DNA of 64,000 nt, from NCBI GenBank assembly GCA_051294375.1, contig CM119266.1, forward strand, positions 14,426,755-14,490,754. Reading direction: 5' to 3'. The translations under genes were made by a program, and so were the position numbers. Under the pieces are notes generated by a model, which had not been told where the DNA came from, made no database searches, and saw nothing but the letters and a program-made list of their open reading frames with translations. This document shows, in pieces, positions 10,973 to 28,198 of this stretch; within the stretch, counting starts at the first letter, position 1, and the number at the start of each line of letters is the position of its first letter. The stretch is from Paraspadella gotoi (taxonomy: Eukaryota > Animalia > Chaetognatha).

Positions 10973-13900
10973 TCACGCCTCCAAGAGGATGTGCCAGCGG
11001 GCAACTTGTTCCCCGTTGCTATTGACCATATCTTCCCAATGACCCCTCTCCTCGTCGCCGGAACTAAAAAATATTTAAAAAAATATTAGTAAATAATAAA
11101 AAAAAGAATTTTATTAAAACTTAACAATTTGTTATATACCTGTTTAGACCCATCGAAAACCAACCGATCATTTCCTTTTTCTTAAACTTCATTCCTTTTT
11201 TGTTGTAGACAGAAATCATTAATGAAATTTCGGAAAGTTGGAAAAGCGCCACCTGTGACAATAATGACAAGTAATAATTTGTAGAAAACAAAAGTTTAAA
11301 AATTTCATCATCTGTTTATTACCTGAAACATGAATGTCTCTTTGTAGGTGGGATTGGGGGTCCCTCGACGTACCGACGTCTTGCTATGAGCGATGGGGGT
11401 GCCGGCGGCCGACATCAAGGAGCATTTGACGTACGTGTCGGGAGGACGGCCTTGGGCGTAGTTTCTAAGGTAGAAAAGAGTCAAAACAAGTCAAAATTTT
11501 ACCATAAATATATATATTTTTTTTTATCGATTAGGGATATTTTTATGTTTAATACGCAAGGTTAAAATATGTCGACGGTATTTTATAAACTGTTAAAGTT
11601 AAAATTTAAATCTGATTAATTATTCATTAATAATTATTAATTAGAGGTTTACCGGAAGTGGGATCCCTTGATGATCTCGACCGAGAGGCGTCCCGTGGAT
11701 CCGCTGTATCCGATTCCGACGTAGAGCTCGGGGACGACGCCCTGAGAGACGGGGGCGCCGAATTCGCTGACGTCGCTTAACGATCCGGCGTCGGACTTGA
11801 GATCCGACGAGTTGAGGTTTAATCTAGGGTGAGGGGATTTGACGATCGGACAATTAATATGTATTTAATCATTTCTTATGTCATTTAAAAAACTGGAAAA
11901 CTTAGTTCAAAAATTTTTTTGATTTCATTCCATTGGTTTATAAATGGATTTAATTTTTTCTGTTTATTTGGATTTAATTGATCGAATTAAACTCCTCAAA
12001 CCTCGGCTCCATGGTGACCCATCGCGTAGTTTCGATGTCCAAATTCAAATCGGCAAAAGTGACAACGCATTCACCGATGAGGCGCTCGCGTCGCAAGCTC
12101 TCTTTTCCTAGAAAAAAAAACAGAAGAGCAATCGATGTTAGTGACAACAAGAAACTCTTTTAGACCATGACACTCTTTAAATTACTACATATTTTTGCGA
12201 ACACGTCTTGTTAATTTTCCCCACAACATATGACATTAAATTGATAACGAAATTAGGGCACTTCCGCGCTCACCGTATATCCTAAGCCTGACGCCCATGT
12301 TGTTGACATCCTGCGGCGTGATTCCCTTGAAGGCGAAGGTCTCGTTGAAAACCGGTTGTGACGGCGCCTGCGGTTTCGTCTTGAAGCGCTGCTGCTTCGT
12401 CGGCAGCAGCACCGCGTGAACCTCGCACTGGGGCGCCCCGCCTCGTTTTCGGTCCGGAATGTCCCGGCCTTGGTCGATGGTCAGGTGCATCGTACCGGTC
12501 TTGTCTTTTTTTTTTGTGGGGTTGGTGGGGTTCGCGGGGTGGGGAGGGGAAAAACGGGTATTATCAATAATTTCTCAATAATAACAACGAAACAACAATC
12601 ATAGGAAAAATGATGGGAACGACGATAATGATGATGAAAAAGACGCCTTCTTAAAATAAAATCAAACCTATGTAAGATGAGCCGGAAACAGCTATTACCA
12701 TTTCCATAACTTACACGAAACCAACTCACCCTTGACGAGGTAAATAAATTTGACGAGGAGATTGCCGCACTTTGAGAGGCGTTTGCTGTCGTCTTCGGTG
12801 TTGAGGTCCGAGACGTCGAAGTCATCACCAGAAGCGTCGTCTTCTCGGGGGGTTTTATGATGGGGGGGTGGGGGGGCGAAGAAAAATAGAATTAAAAAAA
12901 TATGTCAGGGTGAAGCACGCGTATGGGGGAAAGTTGTTGATTGAAGAGTTTCAATTTGACCAAAGGAAAGACGCTTCTGTATTTATTCATGGCGACTGTA
13001 AGAAGGGCCTTAATTCCCGTGAAATTCTGCCACCGGATATATATCAACGTAATCCTCTCCCCCTTCCCACGCAAACAAAACAATCTTCATTACTTTTTTT
13101 CTGCTGGGGACCCGCTGTAGCGGCGGCGATGGCGGCGACGGCGGCGTAATTACTGGAAAGTTCGAGCGTCGGAAGCCTGAGATAAAGATCGTAGTTAGCG
13201 CAAATCAACATTCAACAACGATGGCAAGAATAGCAGACGACACAAACAACGAACGGATGGATAAAGTCGCCAATTACTTGAGCGCCGATCTGGGCCTCAA
13301 TTCCGACGCCGCGGAGCCGGGCCTGCCTTCCGTCGCCCTCGACGTCGCCCTAGAGGATACCGATTTGGGCCGAGTCTGCGACGACGCCGACGCGGCCGAC
13401 GTTGCCGACGCGGCCGACGTTGCCGACGCCGCGGTAGCCGGCCGCCAAGAGATGCCCTGGACTGCCTCGTCGCCGGACGGGGCGTTGGAGACGGCAAAGG
13501 AGATGGCTGTGGAGACCGTCGGCGCCATTGAGGGTTCTCGGTCTACGATGGGGCGGGACGCTGGGCGGGACGCTGGGCGGGACGCCGGACGCGATGCTGT
13601 ACGTGACGCTGGACGCGATGCCGTATGTGATGCCGGACGCGAAGCCGGCCTAGATGATGATTGTGACTCCGGAGATGATTCTCGCGAGCGATCGGCAGAT
13701 GGATGAGTCGATCCATATTGTTGACCTTTTGTTTTTTTTTGTTTTTAGTGCGTGTGTTTGTGCGTTTGGTGAAAAAAAGTTTACATTGAATTTTTAATTT
13801 ATAAAGTTCCTTTATTCCTTTTCTTGCCTTTCCTTCTTTTCCTCTCTCTCTCTCTCTCTCAGTCTCACCCGAAGGGCCACGCTCTTCCTCGTCTCCAGGC

Positions 13901-15096
13901 AACTGCGAATATCCTCCGTTACTGAAGGCGCTGCCCGTCTCACGCCCTTTCCTTTGACGGAACGATCGCCTGATTTGTGATTATAAATCTTTAGTTCGCA
14001 GTTTTAATCATAGAAGTTAATGCCTGAGATGTTAGTTGTTAAAAAAATTTAAACGCAAGGACGTCATGCATAACCAAAGGAGGTGTTTGATAATCCTTTT
14101 TAATAAATAGCAGAGCAGTTGATTAATTAAACTTTAAACGCGCAATTATTTCGTTCAAACTGTTTATCATAGGCAAGTACCTCAATACAAAAAAAACCAT
14201 CAAAATCCATCGTATGCTTTTTTTGCATGCAGTCGCGGGAAGAGAAAAAAAGCAATGTTCCCACCCGAGTTTGCCAAAAGTTCATCTCTACCACCATATG
14301 CGAAGAAAATTATGATTAAACCTAGAGCACCGTACCATGAGTCTCTGGATCCCAATGTCTCCGACGAACCAAAGGTTTTGCTGAGAAACGAAAATTTCGA
14401 GAGTGGACGAGTGAACGACGATTCTGGACTGGAGCGCGGCGAACGCGGACGGGAGTGCGACGAATCGCCACGCGATTGCGACGAACCGGGGCGAGAGTGG
14501 GATGAATCGTCGGCTTCGCTACGATTCGCCGCCCGCTTTCGCGCTTTGAAGCGTTTCAGAAAAAAAACCCGCGGATCGAAAGCGTCCAAGCACATTGTTT
14601 TGTTTTTATTTTTATTCTTTTTAATTGTTTACTTTTAAGGACTTGTCGGAGATTGTGGCGACTGATCATAACGCGTTCTAACCCTGTGACCGGCGAAAGC
14701 AGAAAAAAAGGTTGAGGAAAACCACGTACTACCGAATCAAAAATGGGCGGTGGAAAGACAGAGACAGAGACAAATCCTGATTTTGAAAATGAAAACTCGT
14801 TTCGGCTAAATTCGCGATGCGAAAAAAGTGATTTAGTAAAACGTAAAAAGCTTCGGCAGCCATCGTTCCTTACCGGTTTTAACCATTTCTCACATCTCGA
14901 CTAAAAAGAAGAATAAAGTCATATTCCGTGCCTTCAAAGCTCGCTGGTACGTTGAAACCGTTTGGAAAAATTCCCACTTTTTGTGCCCGTTATTTGGTTA
15001 ATAACTGACGCATTAATTTGTTAAAATTCTGGCGTAATCCCTGGCTTACGACAAGAGGTAGAAGGCAGAACGCGTCCCTCAGTTGAAATAATAAAA

Positions 15097-15177
<81 letters not shown>

Positions 15178-16702
15178 GAGCACGCCAGTTCAAAAGGCAG
15201 AGAGGAATTAGGTTTATTACTTTAGTAAGTTTTGCCAGTAAATAAAGAAACTACTACTTCTACCAAACTAGTTTTTTATGATTAGATTTTTTTCCCGTCG
15301 CGCAGGAAGAATCCCCGGGAACGTAAAATGGCAACAAGGAGCCGCTCGCTCGAGGGGGTACTCATCGCAATTAAGAATAAGAGAAAAAACGAGAGGGAAC
15401 GGGGCCGCTGAATAACGAAAAAAAAAGACTAACCATTAAAAATGTACTTTTGTTAATTATTTTTTCGGATTACTTATTTCTTTCAACCTTCGATTACAAT
15501 AAATATTAATTTAAAAACGTAAATACTAAATACTCAATATTTTTAATGGATCCATGCCATGTCTCCCCCCCCCCCCGACCTCATTAACCTGAACGTTTCC
15601 TTCATTTCATCTTCGCTGTCCTCGGAGTCCGAGTTTAGAGCGGAGTGTCCGTGCGACGCGTCCGCGCAGCACGCGCATCCCTTTGCTTTAGAGAAACAGG
15701 CCTGGGTGCGGTCGCGGGTGAGAAGAGAGTAGGGCGAGTTAAAAGTGAGGGCGGAGGATGGGAGTTTGATAAAAAGATTCCCTTTTAAATTTTCAGAGGC
15801 AATTATGACAACACCGGCGTTGAAGGAGTTCATTTGTTTAGGCTCAATTGTTCCTCTACTAAAAGAATTCCAGAATATTCCATTTGAATTTCTCTAACAA
15901 AGAGTTTCATTCTTGTCTTTTCTACGAGTGGTGAGGCGTCCTTTCTGTAATTTTCTTTTTCAATTTATGTCAACATACTCTATAACTCTAAATTGTACAA
16001 GTGAGTACCTTATCTCGTTTTGAAGACAGCTATTTTTTGTCATTAGTACATTTGTCTTTTTTCTAGTGAAAAGATATGAAAAGAAGAGAGAGNNNNNNNN
16101 NNAGAGAGAGAAGACAGCTCAAGGCGTTGCCAGTTTCATCGACGACAGTCATGTCGAAACAGCAATCCGCCCTGCAGAGGTGTCGTCGTCTTGTTTATTC
16201 CTTTTAAACTCGTAAATTTGGAAAGTCGCTAAGTCAGTTACGCTGAGAAAAAGGAGCTGAACTCTATTTGAACTCTGTATAAACGTCGGTCATATTTCAA
16301 GGTAAAAAATCTTATTAAAGTTGAGAAACTGAGATCTTTCCCTTTTGTTAATTTAATAAAAGAAAAACTTAAGAATAAAAGTTTATCGAGACACCTTTGA
16401 TATACATATCTGGACGAAGGACCGTTTCAAAAAATGTGGAAAAAAAAAACAAGGAAATAGGGCACAGAATGACATGAGAAACGAACGAAAAGCACAAAAA
16501 ACACACTATATACACGAAATAATTTATAAAAACCAGCTAAAACTACCAGCTAATTACTTATAACAGAAAAATTCATCAATATGATATAATTCCTTCTCCC
16601 TTTGCCAACCTTTTTGGTGATGTATAGAAAGAAGATGGCGAGGAGGACGCAGAACCCCGCGGCGCCTCCGATGAAGGCGAGTGCGGCAGGGGGAAGCAGC
16701 AT
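10973..16702 (-). CDS. SYT14: Synaptotagmin-14/16-like protein (N-terminal TM, long Ser/Arg/Pro linker, C2A, C2B)
   Basis: N-term MLLPPAALAFIGGAAGFCVLLAIFFLYITKK; C2A VHAVLLPTKQQRFKT..PVFNETFAF; C2B [69 protein letters not shown], ..ARWHILLEA*. Confidence 0.92.
15100..15178. repeat. (GA)n microsatellite
   Basis: Near-perfect dinucleotide run. Confidence 0.95.
16093..16102. other. Assembly gap (10 N) within a GA repeat
   Basis: N run. Confidence 0.99.
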
Positions 16703-19366
16703 GCTTGGTCTCTCTCTCGCTCGTCCGCGAGATCTCGACACTATGAGTTTGTTTACATTTTGGTTCGCGTTATCATTTGGGTCGGGACATTCCGCCGGCC
16801 ACTTGATCTCGATTGACCTCGAAACCGATTTTTAACAGTCAAAAAAGTTCACATGACGCGAGGTTGCAGAGCGTTGTTGTTGTCTTAGACACGACCAAAT
16901 TAGATAAATATCATCTGTGACAATTTAAAAAAAATTTCACATGGTTATTTCATTATATTTATTCAAACTCTTGAAAATGTGTCAGAATAAATCAAAATAT
17001 GCCCAAAAATTTTGAAGATTTTTTCTTCGGGATTTCTTGAGTTCTATTTTATTTACCGATAGCGTCTCTTATTAAAAATTAACTTTCTGATGAACAAATT
17101 TTACAAGTTGAAAAAAAATAATAATCGACCGAAGCCTACTGATTTAGGTTGAAATTCCAGTTCCGTTTCATACGGAAATTAGTATTCGGTGCCAGCCTCC
17201 GACGACGCAAGTTTTTCGCTGCGACCTCGATTTTTGAAGATAAAACACGAGGCTTGAGGGTTAACTGAGTTGAGAGGAGAATAGTCCCACGTGTGCCGCA
17301 AATAATAATCGTAGTTGTATCACAATAAAAACTCTTTTACTTTGAAAACAAATACAAGGTTGTCATATTTTAATTTTATTTTTTGACTAGCTTTCAGCCA
17401 CGTCTAAAAAGGCGATGTCACGTTTCCCCGTTTCTTTCGCTCAATATTGTTTATAGTCTCGTCGGACAACTTAAAATTAAAAGAAGTCGTTTAGTTTCTT
17501 CACGAAGTTAGTATGAAGGATTTGGCTTTGGTCGTAACTCGCAGGGCCGGTTTCTCTGATCCCATTTGGAATTCTGGTTTCCAACGCAGCAAAGAAAGAA
17601 GAGACGGATTCTCGAGCGATATTAATAACTTAAATTTTTTTTCAAGAAAAACCAAGCCACTCGAAAATTAAAAAGAAAAAAAAGTGCCCATTTGAGAAAG
17701 GTAAATGGTTCAAGGTCAATTTCATATTCAGGAGATTCACCAAATGGATTTTGAAATTTTAATCTTTTGGTTTCGGCGACGTTGAATCGTTGATCATCAT
17801 AAACGATTAACTCATAAAAAGAACAATAAATTGAAAAGTAATTTATAAAATGACGGAGATAAAGAGAGTAAAAGCTCGGGACTTCAAAAGTAGAAAACTT
17901 TTCAACAGAAGGATAAGAAAATCGGTCCCTGGGATTTATTGGTCCTAATTGAGTTAGGAGGTCGAACAGAATATATAAAAACTCAAAGAGAGAGTAACAG
18001 AGAGATAGTAGGCGTTCGTTCAATTTAGAATCAATAACATCAATTAAGTTCTTTGCTTCTGAGGAAAAGTCTCTCCGGGCGCTCGAAAAAAAAAAAAAAA
18101 AGTTCAAAAACAGTTCGCGAATAAATTAGATTATGACAGTTTTCTGCACAAAAAACGTGGAAGAAAGAGAGGATGTGGAAAAGAGAAAAAGAAAACTTAA
18201 AATTATGACCATAAAAATTTTAAGATTCAACTTACGCGCTTACCCAGTAATGTGAAAATTGAGGGTGTTTAGAATCGTAAAATAATACCTCTGTTGTACA
18301 ATGTACATCTACTTGTCTGAGCACGAGTACATTGAAAAATGTAAAAGAGGCTAAACTTCAAGAAAACACGACGAAAATAGGCGTAGGCCTCAGAAAAGGT
18401 TGTCCTCGCCGGGTTTTTTTCCACTCTCTCTCTCTCAGTGTGGCATAAGTTTCGACATAAAAACCTGTTGATGGGTTACGAAACGAAACAGCGACAACCT
18501 TGGTTGTTGTCGTCATCGACTTCTCACTAAAAATTTGCAGTATAACTTTGTTCCGCGATCCTCGTCGTCGTCACTGTCGTCGTCGAGGACAACGTAATCT
18601 TGTTTGTCTTCAAATCGGACTCAATTCGCCTCCAGTTTCGTACAAAATAGATCTTCAAAATTTGAAACCGATAGGCGTAACGGTTTTCTAATTGAAATAC
18701 ATGAGATCACGGACATTTTTTGGCGTTCTAGAGATTAACGTAATGAATATGCCGTCGCTAATCTTCAGCGATCTAAAACGATTGAACGGTTCGGAGCCTA
18801 CCGGCTTAATCATTGTAGATAGTATTTGATACGTGATATGAAATTATATGAGACGATGAGTATGATATGGCATAACCTCGCATGGCAAAAAAAAATGTCT
18901 GCGACTATTACATCAAATAATTGTTAAATTAAAATAATTTTTTTAAAGAAAAAAAAATCATTTTTCATTGTCTTCATTTCAATTGTTTCCCTTTTTTCCC
19001 CGCATTCCTAATTCCGATTTCTTCTCGCAGATGTCTTTTCATGGTCTATTCCTGCAATGCCCCCAAATGTGCCCCTGGTCGAGGCGATCCCGAGCGGTCC
19101 CTAATGAGAACAAAAGGCCATGCCCCACGAATCCGGGTGGCGGGCGGTCGGAGGCGGTCCCCGATTTTCCGTGGCATTTGACTTTCGAGAGAGAATAACT
19201 AATTAGCCGACGGTGGGATTATCAATTAACCGACCAGCGGTGGCGGCTCCATTAAAAATCGGGAGAGAGATTGAGAGAAAATTCCATCGGTGAAGAACAT
19301 AAAATGATCGTCGCCCGGGACATCGGGCGTCGTGGGGAGAGAGAGTGTGGAATCCGAAACAGCTGG

Positions 19367-19369
<3 letters not shown>

Positions 19370-19460
<91 letters not shown>
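19370..19460. repeat. (GA)n microsatellite
   Basis: Perfect dinucleotide run upstream of noggin. Confidence 0.95.
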
Positions 19461-19461
<1 letters not shown>

Positions 19462-20638
19462 AGACTTCCTGGTTCCATCGTTTCCGGCGCGAAGACTGTT
19501 CCGGCGTCAGAGGAGACAAAGGATGTTCTCACGAAGTCTTAATCGAGGAGCGAAGACGTTGAAGTTTTACGATGTCGCGCGTCGTCGATCGTAGACGATA
19601 AAACGTCGTCGCTCCTCAGGAATCTGTTTGTTTTTGTTTTTGTTTGGATTTCGTCGGCGGAGGAATAACCGAAGCTTTTGATTGGAGAGGCGATCTCTCT
19701 AAAACGAAATCGAGAGAGCGAACGCGTCGTCAATGTTGGGGCCGAAATATAGAGGGATTTATTTATATTTACCGAGTTAGGATTGAGAGGGATTTATTTG
19801 CCGCTTGCGAGCTGGATCGATTGCTTGCTCGATTTGGCTTTGGCAGAATTCGGGTGATCGATTCATGAATTTTAACTGGGTATAAAAAAAATTGTCTGAA
19901 ATCTTTATTTGTTTAAAAAGTTTGATTACGTTTCATTTGAAAATATTTATTGATTTACGAATTTATTTATTCTTTTTGTCATTTTTTTTCTTTCTTTCTT
20001 TCGTTTTTTATTCTTTTTGTCTTTCTTTCTTTCTTTCTCTCTTTCCTTCAGTCTTTCTTTCTTTCTTTCTTTTTTCTCTCTTTCTCTCTTTAGCCTCCAC
20101 TCATTTTCATATTCTCTCATCTGTATTCAATGTTCGCTTCTCGGCGACGGAAGCGTCGATCGAACGCTTCCGCCTTCAGTTCATAAACTCTACCACGTCG
20201 CCGTTGTCGTCGTCGTCTACAGCTGCGTTCGCAAGAGAATCGGCGCCACGAATCACCAATGAAGACGCGGTCCCCATAGCAACGATGGGTCGACAAAATA
20301 TGGTGAGGATTCCAAGGCCGTGTGGAGGCACGATGCCAGCTGGACTCGACGAACATCCCGTCTTTGCCGAAAAGTTCTGGTCACCGTCCGCGGATCGCCT
20401 CTACCTTTTCGTCGTCCTCGTCGTCGTCGTCGCCCCGCCTTCTCCGTCATCCATACTATATAAGGGACGGCGGATTGAAATCTGGAATCAAATCCAAATC
20501 GCGAATTCTCTCTTGCGAGCTTTGCTTTCATTCTTCTCTGATACGTTTTAATCTTTGACTCAACCGTCGCCATCTGATTGCATTGCAACAATCCTTGATT
20601 TTACGCCTCCATCGATCCACCTTTAATCTCCCGCCAAA

Positions 20639-21688
20639 ATGTCTCCTCTTCATCTCCTCCTCGCCTCCTTCCTCCCTCTCATCCTCCCACCCATTGACGC
20701 CCTCCCTTATAACACCCTAGACTCTTCTTCCTCCTCTTCCTCCTCGGACATCTTCGCTCTCCTCGATCTCCACGACTCTAGCGACCACGCCCTCGACGCC
20801 GCTTCCGGTTTCCGCGACGACGATGACGACAACTCCCTCTCCCAGAACCGGTTGTCCGTCTCGCGCGTCGGCCGAAGCGGGCGTTCCCGCAAATCCGACC
20901 GCGCCGTTTCGAAGCGATCGTCTTCGTCGACTTCGTCGTCCTTCCGTCCGCCGATCGTGCATCTGGTGGAGGAGAAGGACCCGAGCCTCGATCCTGCTGC
21001 GACCCACTTGGAGAATCCCGACGCCCTGCTGCAGATCCTCGGGGAAGAGAACTTCATTCCCGACTTCATGTCGGTCGTGGATCCGTCGACGGGGCCGGAT
21101 GCCGTCGACCTCGTCCTCAAGCCCAACAGGTTGGTTTACTTTTTGTTTATGATTATTTTGTTTTATTGTTTGGTGTTTTGAAATTATTTTCTTTGTTTTT
21201 GTTTTGTTCAGTTATATTGGTGTATTTCTATGTTTGATTGGTTGTGCCGTTAAATATATATCCGTTCCTCATTCTTCTTTTTTTCTATTTCCAGATGGGA
21301 ATCGAGCCGCTTCGATTCGGAAGTCAACCACCTCCTGGCCGAAGACCAAAAGCTCTTGACCTCCAAGGTCGGGCAGAAGATCAAGAAGCGCCTCTCCAAT
21401 CTTCTGTTCGAGTTCACCCAGTGCCCCGTCGTCTACTCGTGGAAGGACCTGGGCCTCCGCTTCTGGCCGCGTTTCATTCGCGAGGGCGGCTGCTCCCAGG
21501 AAAAGTCCTGCAGCTTCCCCACCGGGATGGCGTGCAAGGCGGCGGAGCAGTCGCATCTCACCCTGCTGCGGTTCTACTGTGGAACGCGGCGGTGGGGCCG
21601 CGCAGAAGCCGGCGCCACCGACAGGTCCAACTGCCGATGGATCACCATTCAATTCCCTATCATCACAAAGTGCGCCTGTTCCTGTTGA
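20639..21688 (+). CDS. NOG: Noggin (BMP antagonist); exons 20639-21129 and 21295-21688
   Basis: Signal peptide; PIVHLVEEKDPSLDP..LLQILGEENFIPDFMS; cystine knot CPVVYSWKDLGLRFWPRFIREGGC..SCSFPTGMAC..LTLLRFYC..CRWITIQFPIITKCACSC* with all 9 Cys. Confidence 0.95.
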
Positions 21689-22049
21689 AGATGATTAGTG
21701 TGTTACTCGTCTTCGATCAATGCGATGAAACTGATCCTCGGAACAAGCAAAATCTGTGTTGCCCTTTTTGTATTGCGCGTGCGTTGACCTTTTAGCCTAA
21801 TTAGCTTATATTTTTTGTACTTGTCGGCTCATCTTTGCTCATCTTGCTCACCATGACATTTTATTGTTATTTAAAGTATTTGTTAGTAGACAGAGTCACA
21901 GAAGTATGTTTTACAAGACAATATAATTTTGATAAATTCCAACTTTGATTTAATTTGAAACATTCAAAGAAAACGAAACAATAAACACTAGACGTAGACA
22001 GCTATAGAATTTAATCACAAATGCAAACCGAAAAATATTTGTGGTTTAA

Positions 22050-25306
<3,257 letters not shown>

Positions 25307-25924
25307 CTTAGGTCTAAGTGAAGATGAAAAAAAAATATCTTCTTTCTGGATTTTGTTAGTGTCAAAAGAATTTTCTTCGGGGCTAAAAATAAACGATTCT
25401 CGACTATTCGTCTTGAGCCACGGAAAAAGTCTGTAAGAAAAAGTTGGAGAAAAAGGAGGGACTGGAACAAGTAAAGTTGGACGACGTATTCGTTTTCAAA
25501 GTCGTCGCTACAGATTCGACCTTTTAGAAAGCTACTTTTTTATACCAGTATCTACTTAACTCTTTTGGTCAGGAGTCACTTCTGTATCTAACGATGGCAT
25601 CGATGACTCGAAAGATTCGAGAAAAAAAAACCTTGTGGTCTCTGCCAACTTTGACCAGAAGAATGGAATCGTTTCAGCGAGAGGGAGCGGAAAAGTTTTT
25701 TTTTTCCGCGCGCAGACTCCGTATTTGGCGAGAAATTGTAACAAAACTGATTCGAAGAATCGGTGACAAAAATCGGTGGCTGATTTTCGCCGACCAACGG
25801 GAGAAGGAATACCATTTACTTTTTTTTCCCTCTCCTTCCGGCTCAATCATTACGAGATTAAAAAAAAAAATATCTCTAAATAGTCAAAAGAAAAGAGAAA
25901 AGGCTTATTATATTTGGAATTTCC

Positions 25925-28070
25925 TTAATCATACAAAAAGAGAGCGAAATTGAAGAACGCGGCAGCTCCGAGGAGACCCGGCCAAACGGCGCCGCGAACG
26001 ACGCCGGTGCCAACGCTCTTGGAACTCTCGTCGCTCTTTCGCTCTTCCTCTTCCTCCTCGCTACAGAAGACGTTTTGGCAAGGGACTTCGCGGCAGACGA
26101 CCACGGAGGATCCGTACTTTTGGCAAACAGATTCGATGCGGAAAAGTCGTTCGGCGGCAGACGCTGAAGGGCAAACAGATTTCCATGGACAAGGAAACTA
26201 GTTTTTTTTTCCCTTTTGAAAACAGTAAAATTAAAAAAAAAAAAGCCATACGGTTAACAAAGGTACCATTTAGGGGAACGTCGCAAATTCTGAGGATGAA
26301 TTTGGTCGCTATGGTAACGCGAGCGTTGCTCAAAGCCGACGACGACGATGACGACGACGACGCGAGCAGCTTGGTCATTGGAAGAAGAAACTTACCGTCC
26401 ACCTGAATTTAATAATGCTTCTTTGACACCTGTGGACGAGATACTTCAATGACACAAATACATAGGGCTTAAATTCACTAAAGGAAGTTGCGATGACAGT
26501 GGAAAGTATTCGAGAAATTTATAGATGTATAGGTCTGGTACTTTGATTTTTAACAATAAAAATAATGGCAACGATCGATCAACACGAACCTCTAAACAAA
26601 TGTCGTTCCCAGGATGAGCTTCGTCGCATTTACGAAGAATTTCAAGAATCGATGGTTTCATCACAGTCAGTTTCTCTTTTCTTTTGTCTCCCTCGCTGTG
26701 GTTCTTGTTAGTGTCGTCGTCTTTCCCAACGTCATCGTCAGCATTTTCATCCTCGTACTTGTCCGCATTGTCTTCGTTGTCCAAAGCTAGATCCAGAACA
26801 TCGTCCAATGACGGAGTCTTGCACACGCAAGTTAGAGGTTCCGCGATGGAAAGACTGACGTTGATCACGGGCGAATGAGCGCTCTTTGAGTTTGGGGGAA
26901 ATATTTTGGCCTTTTAAATACATAGTTTGTTTCGAGGTTTCTGTGATCCGTCACTAATTTTCGCTTGAAATCTCAATGGAAACTCGTAGGTGGTTAGTGG
27001 TTACCCTTGTGTATCTCCGTTTGACCGAATCCTTGTCATCGACAGTCGTCCGATTATCAATATTAAGATTTCTGTTGCTGCCGACTGCTTTGCCTTCTCC
27101 GCCGCTTCCGCCGTTTTCGCCGCCTGTCGCATCGCCGCTCCAATCTCTGCAGTCTCGGCTGAGGCGGCACTCTCCAGATTCTTGCAACCATTCATCGAAG
27201 AAGCTGCACATGAAGCCGTGAAGGCGTCCCGAAATCTCGTCTATGGACAGAGTCGTAAGTCCGTTGGGCACGCACATTCGGAGATGGAGGGACGCGGCAA
27301 AAGAACTTCAAGGAGAAAAGGGTAGGGGGTCGACTTTTTAATTTTAATTAAAAAAAAACCTAGTGCAGATTCAATAATATTGATAAATACTTTAAAATAA
27401 TCGGCCCATCCTCTCGCTCCTTATTCTTACTCAAGTTGACCCTTTAATGTCTTCCATCGGTTGGCGTCGTGTTTCGCCGCCATTTTGAGGCAAACGTCTT
27501 TATTAAATTTGTCGGCTGCAAAGTCGTCGACGGCGTCTTCTTCGGCAGGATTGTCGCCGCACGCCCTCGAAATGTTGGCAAGCGTCCGGCATTGCGAAAA
27601 CCTTTTGCTCAGCAGATCTATCACGTCGAACACGGTCGGGTCGTTCAACGTTGACGCCTTCATGAATGGTTAAGTTTTTATCAGTTAAACTCGATCGTTT
27701 GAAATATCAAATTCTTAAAAAATAAACGTGTAACAAGCGCCAATTGCTAACATCCTCGCCTTGATCAGCGCTTCGTGATGACAAAAACAGTTCAGAGCGG
27801 AAACTTCAAAATGACGAATGTTGCGTAATTGCTTGAAGGGGGTTCCGGTAATCGCCGCTGCAATCACGACGAATAATTTGCCAAAAATTAATCAAGACAT
27901 ACCAGGTAAATTAAAAATAAACGTAACTTGACATTGAACAAAAAATAAATCTATAATAACGATTTTAGGATAGAAACGTGTGTACCTGTCTCACGATCAA
28001 GGTTCGACCCATGAACCTTTGTTGAAGATTTGAAAAACAGGCCAAAAATGAAAAGCAGAAACCAAAAATA
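25925..28070 (-). CDS. Cys-rich, probably GPI-anchored or secreted surface protein of unknown family (start and some junctions unresolved)
   Basis: Hydrophobic VFWFLLFIFGLFF near the 5' end; several in-phase exons with scattered Cys and acidic linkers; C-terminus SSKSVGTGVVRGAVWPGLLGAAAFFNFALFLYD*. Confidence 0.55.
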
Positions 28071-28198
28071 CGACATTAGACAGAACCAGGAAAGAAGCAA
28101 ATCTGTTCACTATATGCCGACCTTTTACACGAATAATCTTCCGAAGTGCGATCGCTTAATTTCCTAGTAAAGCACTATTGAATATCTTTTAGAATAAT

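Noticed and set aside
19203-19594. ORFs with poly-ER / poly-SL
   Set aside because: Translations of a (GA)n microsatellite; the same applies at 5185, 14990, 22384 and 58104.
19892-20591. Long ORFs upstream of noggin
   Set aside because: Low-complexity CT-rich and overlapping-frame ORFs without recognisable domains; likely promoter or 5' UTR.
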